From contig CAWJJC010000017.1 of NCBI GenBank assembly GCA_963843145.1, forward strand, positions 64,001 through 128,000: a stretch of 64,000 nucleotides of DNA, written 5' to 3'. This stretch comes from an uncultured delta proteobacterium (GTDB lineage Bacteria > Desulfobacterota > RBG-13-43-22). The notes under the pieces are model-generated. The model had not been told where the DNA came from. It worked only from the letters and a program-made list of their open reading frames with translations, and did no database searches. Position numbers and translations under genes: made by a program. Below, piece after piece: positions 41,698-50,490 of this stretch; the first letter of the stretch is position 1; every line of letters starts with the position of its first letter.

Positions 41698-42900
41698 ATG
41701 ATCCGGGTTTTCAAAGGGTTACTTTTAATTCTGCTTGCCTTTCAACTGTCTTCCTGTTTTTATCGACCCGTTGGTCCTCCGCTAACCTCTCCTGAGCCCT
41801 GTATCCTGGAACTGATTTCCGAGAGGGATTGGCCCCTTCTGGATGACGACGCCGACCGGGAAAGCCTTCGGCAAGCCCTGACCCAAAGTTTGATCTACCT
41901 CCAGAAGAGCTCCCCTCAAAAGACCTATCCTCTGGGAACTCGGGAAATTTCCAACGAAGAAATCCGATCCACCTTATCTCTTCTTCAGGAACTTCTGAAT
42001 ACCGATATGGATGTTCCTTCCCTGGAGCGGGAATTGAAGGCCCGTTTCAATTTGTACCAACTGGTATTCCCAAACCGATCAGCCGCTCTTTTAACAACTG
42101 GATATTATGAGCCTACTCTGGCCGGCAGTCGGGTCCCCTCCGATAAGTTTCCTTTTCCTTTTTATCGAAAACCGGATGACCTCCTGACCATCGACCTCGA
42201 GAATTTCTCAAGCAAATACAAGGGGGAACGGCTGATCGGACGATTATTGGGCCGAAAGGTCCTCCCTTATTTTTCCCGGCGGGAGATCGATCAGGAAGGG
42301 AAATTGGCCGGCCGGGGCCTGGAGTTGTATTGGACCGATGACCGTTTGAAGCTTTTTTTCATGCAGATCCAGGGTTCGGGCCGCCTGGTGCTCGAAGACG
42401 GCGCCTTCGTTCAACTCCAATACCGGGCGACCAACGGTCATCCCTATTTCCCGATCGGCCGGGAGCTGATTCGCCGGGGCATTTTAAGACCCGAAGAAGT
42501 CTCCCTGCAACGAATCTACGCCTACTTAAAGGATCATCCCCTTGAGCAGGATGAGATCTTGAACCTGAACCCCAGTTACGTCTTTTTCCAGGAGGCCCAG
42601 GGAGGGCCTTATGGAAGCCTGAACGTCCCCTTGACCCCCGGTCGGTCGGTGGCCATGGACCCGAAAATTTTCCCCCCTGGCGGATTGGCCTGGCTCACCG
42701 GGGTCAAGCCGGTATTCTCCCCCGACAATCAGATTCTTTACTGGGTCCCCATGAACCGCTGGGTGCTGGTCCAGGACAGCGGCGGGGCCATCAAGGGGCC
42801 GGGACGCCTCGATTTTTTCTGGGGTCCTGGGGCTCAGGCAGAAATGGCCGCCGGGCACCTGCGCCATGAGGGGAGGATCTATTTTATTCTTAAAAAATGA
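41698..42900 (+). CDS. mltA: MltA lytic murein transglycosylase lipoprotein
   Basis: Lipobox LSSC, TGYYEP, FFMQIQGSG, NGHPY, NPSYVFF, QDSGGAIKG..RLDFFWG. Confidence 0.92.
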   Translation: MIRVFKGLLLILLAFQLSSCFYRPVGPPLTSPEPCILELISERDWPLLDDDADRESLRQALTQSLIYLQKSSPQKTYPLGTREISNEEIRSTLSLLQELLNTDMDVPSLERELKARFNLYQLVFPNRSAALLTTGYYEPTLAGSRVPSDKFPFPFYRKPDDLLTIDLENFSSKYKGERLIGRLLGRKVLPYFSRREIDQEGKLAGRGLELYWTDDRLKLFFMQIQGSGRLVLEDGAFVQLQYRATNGHPYFPIGRELIRRGILRPEEVSLQRIYAYLKDHPLEQDEILNLNPSYVFFQEAQGGPYGSLNVPLTPGRSVAMDPKIFPPGGLAWLTGVKPVFSPDNQILYWVPMNRWVLVQDSGGAIKGPGRLDFFWGPGAQAEMAAGHLRHEGRIYFILKK

Positions 42901-42978
42901 ACATCGAATGTCCAACATCGACTATTAATTGAATGTTTGTTTTCATTCGATCTTGGACGTTCGATATTCGCTGTTCAT
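42897..42978. repeat. AACATCG/AATGTCC heptamer inverted repeat between convergent genes
   Basis: atgaacatcgaatgtccaacatcga ... tcgatcttggacgttcgatattcgctgttcat. Confidence 0.65.
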
Positions 42979-43751
42979 CCTTTTTTCGCGATGATGGCAT
43001 AATCCCGGGCCAGTATGTTGAATGGAAACCAGTGGGAGAGATGGTCGTCTCCCTCGAGCAATCGGACGGGCTCGATCCTCTTCCCCAGCCACTCCATAAC
43101 CGACCCGGGCAGGAATTTGTGTTTGTCCCAATACAAAATTTGAAAACCAGCACCGCTCAAGAGGTCCCGGATCTCCTTCTGGCGGAAACAATACGCATGG
43201 TGCCACTTATTGAACACCCTGGCCAATAATTCCGAAGTCCCCCAGCGGGCCGGCAGGTTCCAGATAAACAACAAGCCCCCTGCTTTTAAGACCCGGTGAA
43301 TTTCTCCCAGGATCATCCGCTCGTCCCCGATCCCGTCCTCCCGGACATGTTCGAGAACCCCGGAGGAAATAAAACCCTCGATGGACCCGTCCTCCAATTC
43401 CAGACGATTGGGGTCCTGGCCCCATAATGTCGGCAGGTTGAAGGCCTCCTGAAAAAGAGGATAGTGCGTGGTTTCGTGCAGGAGATAGTTGAAAACGTTT
43501 CGGTAACCCAGGCCGAGTAAGATTTTGGTGACTTGACCGTACAGCCCTCCCCAATCAATGATCCGGGCTTTTTTTTCGGGCAAAAATTCCTCGATCAGCC
43601 GGCCATAATACACATAAATCAGCCAGTCGGATAAGGCTTTAATGTTCTCGGCGTAAGGAACCTGGTGGGTATCGATGATCCGGACATATTGCTGACGAAG
43701 ATCTTCAAATGGTCCTGTTCGGTCTAATTCTTTGATCAGCTCCCCCCGCAT
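42975..43751 (-). CDS. class I SAM-dependent methyltransferase
   Basis: IIDWGGLYG, SSGVLEHV, EIHRVLKAGGLL. Confidence 0.8.
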   Translation of the reverse strand: MRGELIKELDRTGPFEDLRQQYVRIIDTHQVPYAENIKALSDWLIYVYYGRLIEEFLPEKKARIIDWGGLYGQVTKILLGLGYRNVFNYLLHETTHYPLFQEAFNLPTLWGQDPNRLELEDGSIEGFISSGVLEHVREDGIGDERMILGEIHRVLKAGGLLFIWNLPARWGTSELLARVFNKWHHAYCFRQKEIRDLLSGAGFQILYWDKHKFLPGSVMEWLGKRIEPVRLLEGDDHLSHWFPFNILARDYAIIAKKG

Positions 43752-43800
43752 CCCCGATGCCTTCCTCCATTCATCCTTGTTGCCGGCTGAGGAGTGTTAA

Positions 43801-43870
43801 TGCAAGAATAGAACCAGGCACCCCAAAGCATTTACTAACAATGGATAATTGATTAATAATTATGGTTGTC
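43801..43870. repeat. AT-rich intergenic element, copy 3
   Basis: aatagaaccaggcaccccaaagcatttactaacaatggataattgattaataattatggttgtc aligns with copy 2. Confidence 0.6.
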
Positions 43871-43926
43871 CGTCCTTTGGAGTGGGTGGCCACAACCTAA
43901 ATATAACCGGGGAATTGGGCCTCCGA

Positions 43927-44126
43927 GGCCGTCGGGTCTCGGCGAAAGGGTTTTGCATAATACTATTTTGTCTCTGCCCGGCCCCCGTGTTATTAAGTCT
44001 GCCCGGGCAGGGCCAGCCTGAGAGGAACAAAGCTCTGAGTTGGCCGCTTTAGATAAAATTGTAGTTCGCCCCGGATTCAAAGTCCGGAGAACCATTGGAA
44101 AACCCTTTCGCCGAGACCCGACGGCC
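43927..44126. mobile_element. 200-bp element bounded by perfect 28-bp inverted repeats (MITE or invertible segment)
   Basis: GGCCGTCGGGTCTCGGCGAAAGGGTTTT (43927-43954) and its exact reverse complement (44099-44126). Confidence 0.75.
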
Positions 44127-44186
44127 ATACCAGATCTGGGGGGTGCCCGCCCCAGGCCCTGCGGGTTGAGATAGAATCGGCTGGCC

Positions 44187-44807
44187 TTAGGCCGGCGCAC
44201 TCAGCGGAGTCGGAACACTGACCGGGACCCCTTCGTGGGGGGTCCTTTTTCTGGATTTTAGGGTCTTGGGATCCCTCAGCGTCCTTAATATTTCGATGCT
44301 GTCCTTCATCCCCTTGTAGAGCCTGGCCATATCGATGGCCATCCCGGCCATGGCGGCCATCGCCTGAACGAAATTTATATCGTCCATGGCAAATTCCCAG
44401 GGCTCGGCCGTATAAACCCGCAAAGCCCCAATGATATGACCGCCGGCCAATACCGGTACGGAAAGGATGGACGAAATCCCCTCCTGACGGGCTTCGTCCG
44501 GATATTGGATCCGGGGATCGTCCGTGACATCGTAAACAGCCACCGGCCCATCCGCCAAAGTCTGGGATAGGGAACGAAAGGCGCTGACCGGCCCTTTGTT
44601 CAGATACTCTTCACTCAGTCCAAAGGAGGCGGCCACCTCCAGGTCATTGGTCTGGCGATTCATCAGGAACAGGGTACACCCTTTGGCCTGCAAAGCGGTC
44701 TTAATACTCTCCACCGTCATCAGGATGACTTCTTCCGGGTCCTTGGAATGGGAGATGGCCTTGGAAACCTTGAGCATCGTTTCATAGTTTAGAAGTTGTT
44801 TTTTCAT
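44187..44807 (-). CDS. stand-alone GAF domain protein (paralog of 17863-18426)
   Basis: GCTLFL, FGLSEEYLNKGPV, EGISSILSVPV...IIGALRVYT...F..DDINFVQA. Confidence 0.88.
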   Translation of the reverse strand: MKKQLLNYETMLKVSKAISHSKDPEEVILMTVESIKTALQAKGCTLFLMNRQTNDLEVAASFGLSEEYLNKGPVSAFRSLSQTLADGPVAVYDVTDDPRIQYPDEARQEGISSILSVPVLAGGHIIGALRVYTAEPWEFAMDDINFVQAMAAMAGMAIDMARLYKGMKDSIEILRTLRDPKTLKSRKRTPHEGVPVSVPTPLSAPA

Positions 44808-44933
44808 GGCTTCTCCTTTCCGGCTCAGGATGCAAATAAGCCGCTGGGCTAAGGGTTGATTGATTATTCACCATCCTTTTGATTCTCTTTCAATAATCGT
44901 TCCCAAAAACCCTTTTGGAAGCCTGGGGCCCCC

Positions 44934-45023
44934 AAAATACAAAACCCCATCTCGCTAATGGAAATGGGGTCGATCTCTCTGCCTTAAACCTCCCTGATAA
45001 GGGTTGCCAAACAGAACGCCTTT
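44934..45023 (-). promoter_or_regulatory. structured 5' leader with intrinsic terminator (attenuator/riboswitch candidate)
   Basis: Minus strand: stem TCTGTTT...AGGCAGA enclosing CCCT-TATC-AGGG, then ACCCCATTTC-7-GAGATGGGGT-TTTGTATTTT, upstream of the GAF gene. Confidence 0.55.
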
Positions 45024-45037
45024 ACTACTTAAATTTA

Positions 45038-45066
45038 ATTAGATTGCAAAGACGCTCTCCTGTCAA
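45038..45066 (-). promoter_or_regulatory. sigma70 promoter
   Basis: TTGACA (45066-61), 17-nt spacer, TCTAAT (45043-38). Confidence 0.6.
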
Positions 45067-45204
45067 TAAAAAAATGATTTCCCGGGTTCGACTCAACGGG
45101 CCTCCTCCATCTCCTGCTCATCTTTTCCTTGCCTCCAGCCGACTTTATGAGTTAAGTTGAAAAATTAAAAATGTCAAGCGAGATCATTACCGGCAAGGAA
45201 TAAA

Positions 45205-46057
45205 GTGGATTTCACTTCTAAACGCAGGCTTCGGGTAACCGCCGATGATTTTGGGTTTACCCCGGGAGTTACCGACGGGATCCTCGAAGCGCATGACGAA
45301 GGAATTGTGACCCACACCTCCATCATGGCCGGGGGATTGGACTTTGACCGGGCCGTGGCCTTATCTCGCCAAAGGCCCGGTCTGGGAGTGGGCGTCCATT
45401 TAACCTTAACCTGGGGGCACCCCCTTTCATCTCCTTCCAGCGTCCCCAGCCTGGTGGGAGCGGATGGGAAATTAGTATCCTTGGGCGAGATCCTAAAAAG
45501 ATTTCTGATGGGCCGACTGGACCGGGGGGAGGTGGCCAGGGAATGGGAGGCCCAAATTCAAAGGGTTTCCCATTCCGGGATTAGCCCTACCCATCTGGAT
45601 AGCCACCATCACCTGCATCTCCTGCCGGGGCTCCTGCCGCTGGCGGCCCAATGTGCTCACAAATACCACGTACCCTGGCTGAGAAGGCCGGCTGAGGCCA
45701 TTTGGCAAGGGAGTCCCTTCCCATTCCGCACTGGTCAAACGCGTCATCTTCCGCCTCCTGACTCTCAGGTCCTGGCCGCTTCCCGCGAGTGACGCCTTCC
45801 GGGGGCTGTCCATTCAGGGCCGGCGGGATTACGCTGCCCGGCTCACCAGGACCATCCGCGGATTACCCCTGGGAACCACGGAATTCATGGTCCACCCCGG
45901 GAAACCGGATGCCCTCCTGGAAAAAGAGGACACCTTTGTCTGGGAAAGAGCGATCGAATTGAAAGGGCTCTGCGATCCCGTGGTCAAACGACTTCTCAAG
46001 GAGTTAGAAATTATCTTGGACCGGCCGGTCCCCGGGTCCGCTGAAGCGTCATTATGA
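45205..46057 (+). CDS. YdjC/ChbG/HpnK family carbohydrate deacetylase (+1 indel near 45710)
   Basis: TADDFG, GVHLTL, THLDSHHHLH; the shifted frame continues EFMVHPG...RAIEL..LCD and ends in an ATGA overlap with the next gene. Confidence 0.88.
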
Positions 46058-46791
46058 AGCTATCGGTCATCGTTCCCGTTTACAATGGCGCCGTCTTTAT
46101 TTCTGAAACTTTCCAGGAATTAGTGGATTATCTGGAAAAGCTGGAGGAAGAATACGAGCTCCTTTTTGTAGATGACGGCAGTCGGGATCATACGGCATCG
46201 ATTTTGGAGGAACTTGTCGGGAACCACCCCCGGGTCCTTCTGCTCCGGAACGAGACCAATCGAGGGAAAGGGTACTCCGTACGGGTTGGGATGAACCGGG
46301 CCCAAGGAGATTTGTTGGTTTTTACCGACGCCGATCTGGCTTACCCGCCCCCGGAGATTGGCAAGATCGTCCAAACCTTGCGAGAAGGGGTGGATCTGGC
46401 CATCGCCACCCGGGTGGCGCCGGGCTCCCGTTTCATTATGAGCCCCGAGTTTTTCGGCTATATCTATACCCGCCATATTGGCAGCCGCTTCTTTAATGGA
46501 CTGGTCAGAAAGGTGCTGGGCCTTTCCATTTTTGACACCCAGGCCGGACTGAAAGGGTTCAGCCGAAAGGCCAAAGAGATCATTTTCCCGCGGCAGACGC
46601 TGGAAGGCTTTACTTTTGATGTGGAACTGATTTATATCGCCGAAAAATTCGGATTGACGGTTCGAGAAGTTCCGGTCATCTTCCGCTATTTCTCGGAACC
46701 CACCACTGTTTCCTTTTTGAGGCAGTCTCTGGCCAGCCTAAAGGACCTTTTTACCATTCGTTCGCAGGACCATAAAGGCAACTATCAATGA
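46054..46791 (+). CDS. GT2 polyprenyl-phosphate glycosyltransferase (dolichyl-P glucosyltransferase-like)
   Basis: LSVIVPVYN, VDDGSRD, NRGKGYSV, FTDADL, DTQAGLK, FTFDVEL. Confidence 0.9.
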   Translation: MKLSVIVPVYNGAVFISETFQELVDYLEKLEEEYELLFVDDGSRDHTASILEELVGNHPRVLLLRNETNRGKGYSVRVGMNRAQGDLLVFTDADLAYPPPEIGKIVQTLREGVDLAIATRVAPGSRFIMSPEFFGYIYTRHIGSRFFNGLVRKVLGLSIFDTQAGLKGFSRKAKEIIFPRQTLEGFTFDVELIYIAEKFGLTVREVPVIFRYFSEPTTVSFLRQSLASLKDLFTIRSQDHKGNYQ

Positions 46792-46850
46792 AGACGACCC
46801 CACAAAAAGTCCATCCGCAATAGCCCTTCATAAAAACGGAAGAAGGCGAC

Positions 46851-49531
46851 ATGAAAATCATTGCCCAAGCGAAAAACCGACTTTCCGAATTACTCGGCAG
46901 AACTTTTCTCGGAGGAGCCCTGGTCGTGCTCCTGCCTTTCCTGCAGCGACTGCTCTACCTGAATGGTTTGTTTTACGGCCGGGACTTCACTGAACTCATC
47001 GGAGCCCGGGGCTACTTCTATCACCAGTTACGCCAGGGAAAACTGGTCCTCTGGGATGCCGTTCAGGCCACCGGAATACCCTTCCCTACTTATTTTTTCG
47101 ACCTTTTTAACCCTCTTTCTTTGGTCTATACCTTTCTGTTGCAGGATGGCTACCTGAGGAGTAATCCAGCCCAATGGATGCTCACCATCCATTGTTCCCT
47201 GGGGGCGCTGGGGGCCTACCTTTTAGGGTTATCGCTGAACCTGGGCCGGACCGCCGCCGTGGTCATGGGGGTGATCATGGGCTGCTGCGGCGTGGTAGTG
47301 ATCAAAAGCGTAGAGCCGATGATGGTTCATACCTTTGTTTGGGCCCCCTTCGTCTTTTTATTTCTGCAACGTGCCCGCCGGCGAGGATTGAAACGGGAAG
47401 GATTATGGGCCGGGGTTTTTATGGGCCTTTGTTTTATGGGCGGACATCCTCAAATTTTTTATTATATCGGAGTGGCGGTCCTGCTCTATGCCCTCTATGG
47501 GCTGGTTGTGGACACCGAAGAGTCGGGGGTCCGGGCGGCCTGGGCCACGGCCTTCCGTATTTACCTGCCGCTGTCCCTTTCTTTTGTACTGACCAGCGCC
47601 CCCCAGTTGGCCCAGCAACTGGTCACCCTCGTTTGGGGTCCTGCGGAAGTGATAGAAGCCAGTACCCGCACCCTTCTAATTCACAGTCAAAGCGGTTCAG
47701 CCGACTTCAGCATGCTCTATACTTTCCTTTTCCCGCAATTAGAAGGGCGGTCACGGGGAAACTTTTTTTTACGTAGGCATCCTGCCCCTGGTTCTGGCCT
47801 GGGTGGCGGTCCTCCAGTTCAAGCCTCGTTCCGAGGCCGGTTTTTGGAAGGTGCTGGTTATCGCCTTTTTTACTTTTGATGATGGGAGGCAACCTGGGGA
47901 TCCACAAGATCCTGGTCTATGTGTTGCCCGGTTTCAAGTACTTTCCGCCTTCCCAGCCGTTATGTCTTTATAGTTTCCTTGGGATTGCTGGTCCTGGCCG
48001 GGTTTGGGGTTGCCCGACTACTCTCGGTTAAACGGGCTGAGGAGTTCGCCGGATTCACCCGGGGTCTGGCTATTATCATTGGCGGCTTTCTCCTGGTGAT
48101 GATCTCCCTGGTCGTCGTCAGCCACCTCGAGTTGATTAAAGACCAGGGGCCAATCATCCTGGTCCTGCATTCCGTGACCGGCGTCATTCTTTTTCTGGGG
48201 GCTACCTGGTTCGTATTCCGGAGGGTCCAGGAGGGCGAGACAGGCATCCGGCTTCAGTTTTTGATCGTGGCCATAGTGATTCTGGATTTGGCCTTTTACT
48301 ATCCCACAGCGGGGCTCAATTTCAATACGGTGAAGAGCGAAAGGGCCTACGGACCGGATCCCAGTGAGGTCACCGCGGCCATGGATGACCTCGCCAGGGA
48401 TCTGGGCCGTCTTTCCGCGGAAGGGCCTTCCCGCATCCTGATCGGCCTTCAAGGGGTTCGGGAACCCTGGGTAAGGAATGTCTCCCAGTCCGCTTTTTAC
48501 CGCTATCGGGTGCGGACTTTTAATTCCATTGACGGCTACCCGGAACGCCTTCACCCTCTGGGATACTGGCAATTGGTCTGGGAGGAGAGACTGATCGAGA
48601 TGCCCAGGGCGATCAGCCTCTTGGGGGTAAAATACTTGGAAAAAGGGCGCCCGGAAATTGCCGCCCGGCGGTCGCGGTGGGATCTGCTCGGTTTCTCCCA
48701 GGCCGCCATCCGCCTGAACCCGGGAGAAAAGGTCACTCAACTGACCCTGGACGCCCGGGTTGATGGCCTCGAAGGCAAAAGCCCGGGGCTGATTGTGGCG
48801 GAGATCGGACTGGTGGAGGGCACTCAACTGATGGGTAGTTGGCCGATATCGCTCGAACAACTTTCGAAAGGGGCGCCTCTGGAAATCCCCCTGGCCGGAC
48901 CCGTATCTGCTACAGAAATCCTGATGGCCTCCACCCAGCCCGAAGGAAAAGTCAGGATCGAAAAGGTCTCGGTCAACGGGAGTCCGGTTTCCGACACCCT
49001 GGAGACCACACCGGTCCGCAGTTGGCTGGTCCGTAACGAGCATCCCCAGTCCTTGGCCTTTTTCGTCTCCCGGGCGGCGGTCTTTAAGGACCAATCGGCT
49101 TACCTGGAGGCCCTTTATTCTGAGGACCCCACCCGTTGCGTGCTCTTTCGAGAGACCCCTCCCGGGTACCAGACCCCGGCCGCAATGACGGCGAATCCGG
49201 GGGGGAGGTCAAAATCCTTCACTGGGGAGACGAAAAGGTAGACCTTCAGGTGAAGGCCCGACGCCCCGGATATCTGGTCATGACCCAGGCGGCTTATCCC
49301 GGATGGACCGCCTGGGTGGACGGTCGAAAAACTTCGATCCTCAAGGCCTATGGATTTCTGACCGCGCTCCCGATTGGGCCGGGATCCCATCAGGTCCGCT
49401 TTGCCTATGGCGCCCCCTGGCTGGTGGCCGGGCTGTTTATCGCACCGCTCTGGCTCTTGGGGCTTCTCTTCTGGACGTTCCGGCGGAAAAAAGGCAGGCC
49501 ATCTGAGGGGATTTCCGAGAGACCCCGATAA
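46851..49531 (+). CDS. YfhO family GT-C membrane protein (split by several indels at ~47750-47950 and ~49200)
   Basis: LVLWD...TGIP, GGHPQ, YVGILPL, FRLPSRY, YLVMTQAAYPGWTAWVDG, GSHQVRFAY; many TM segments. Confidence 0.85.
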
Positions 49532-49546
49532 CCTCCGGTGGTTGTT

Positions 49547-50230
49547 TCAACCGTTCAGGGTACAATGGAGCGTATACCGGTACTTGGAGTAGGAAAAATT
49601 ATTCTCCAGCTTGCGGGCGGCATACCCCAGCCCTGAAAGGGTTTGTCGCAATTGCTTCTCGTCATAGAGATAAAGGGAAGACGTTCTCAGGCTCAGCTTC
49701 GGATCGTCCCGGATATTGGTAATGATGAAGGAGAGCAGTTTCCTGAAAAATTTTTTTCTCATGCCGGTCAGCAATTGGGAGATGGCGTCGACCGCTTTCG
49801 AATAACCGGGGGGGACAATGTCGGAAATAATGATTCGGGTTTTTGAGTCACAGAGTCTTTTCAGCTCCCCCAGCATGTTCTTAACTTCGTCTTCCTTCAT
49901 GTAGTGGATGACACCGTTGATAATAATTAAAGAAACCGGTTCCTTTATGTTCTCTAGCGAGTGAACTACCTGGAGGTTGGGAAAGACGCCAAACCTATTC
50001 CTCAATTGGTCTAAAAAAAATTCCGATTTATCATACAAATAAATTCTTTCGACCTTATCCTTGATCAAATGGGAAACATCCCCCAATCCGGCCCCAAAAT
50101 CCAGCACTACATCGCGTTTTGAAAAACCGAAATATTTCTGGTAGGAGTCCACAAAATAGCCGGCCCAGATCTCCATGATGCCGTGATCGATTTTTGTTGA
50201 ACTGAAATGTTGATCCCACTCGGAAGGCAT
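49547..50230 (-). CDS. class I SAM-dependent methyltransferase
   Basis: VLDFGAGLG, IINGVIHY, IIISDI; visibly AT-richer than neighbours. Confidence 0.8.
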   Translation of the reverse strand: MPSEWDQHFSSTKIDHGIMEIWAGYFVDSYQKYFGFSKRDVVLDFGAGLGDVSHLIKDKVERIYLYDKSEFFLDQLRNRFGVFPNLQVVHSLENIKEPVSLIIINGVIHYMKEDEVKNMLGELKRLCDSKTRIIISDIVPPGYSKAVDAISQLLTGMRKKFFRKLLSFIITNIRDDPKLSLRTSSLYLYDEKQLRQTLSGLGYAARKLENNFSYSKYRYTLHCTLNG

Positions 50231-50410
50231 CGGGTTTTTCTCCGTTGGTTCTGTCAGCGCCGTTTAATTCCAGAGTCGGGCCAGGGACTGGCCCGGGCTA
50301 AGCTCGTACTGACTAGTTAGTTCTTTCCTACCAAAAACCCTCCCCCGCCGTCAAGGCCGTATTACCGTGTAAATAGAATTGACCACCGTTTTCGAGTAGT
50401 TGTTTTTGAT

Positions 50411-50439
50411 TGTCATCCCGGACTCGATCCGGGATCCAG
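50411..50439. repeat. REP-like palindrome
   Basis: TGTCATCCCGGA-CTCGA-TCCGGGATCCAG, same family as the REP inside the MITE at ~9235. Confidence 0.6.
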
Positions 50440-50490
50440 GCAGCTCGAACATTCCTTCGGGACGATCCGAAATCTTTTTTAACCCCCCGG

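Noticed and set aside
43801-43817. sigma54-like CTGGTTC-N5-TTGCA upstream of the methyltransferase
   Set aside because: GG-N10-GC spacing fits, but it lies within a dispersed repeat whose other copies lack it, and the -24 box is weak.
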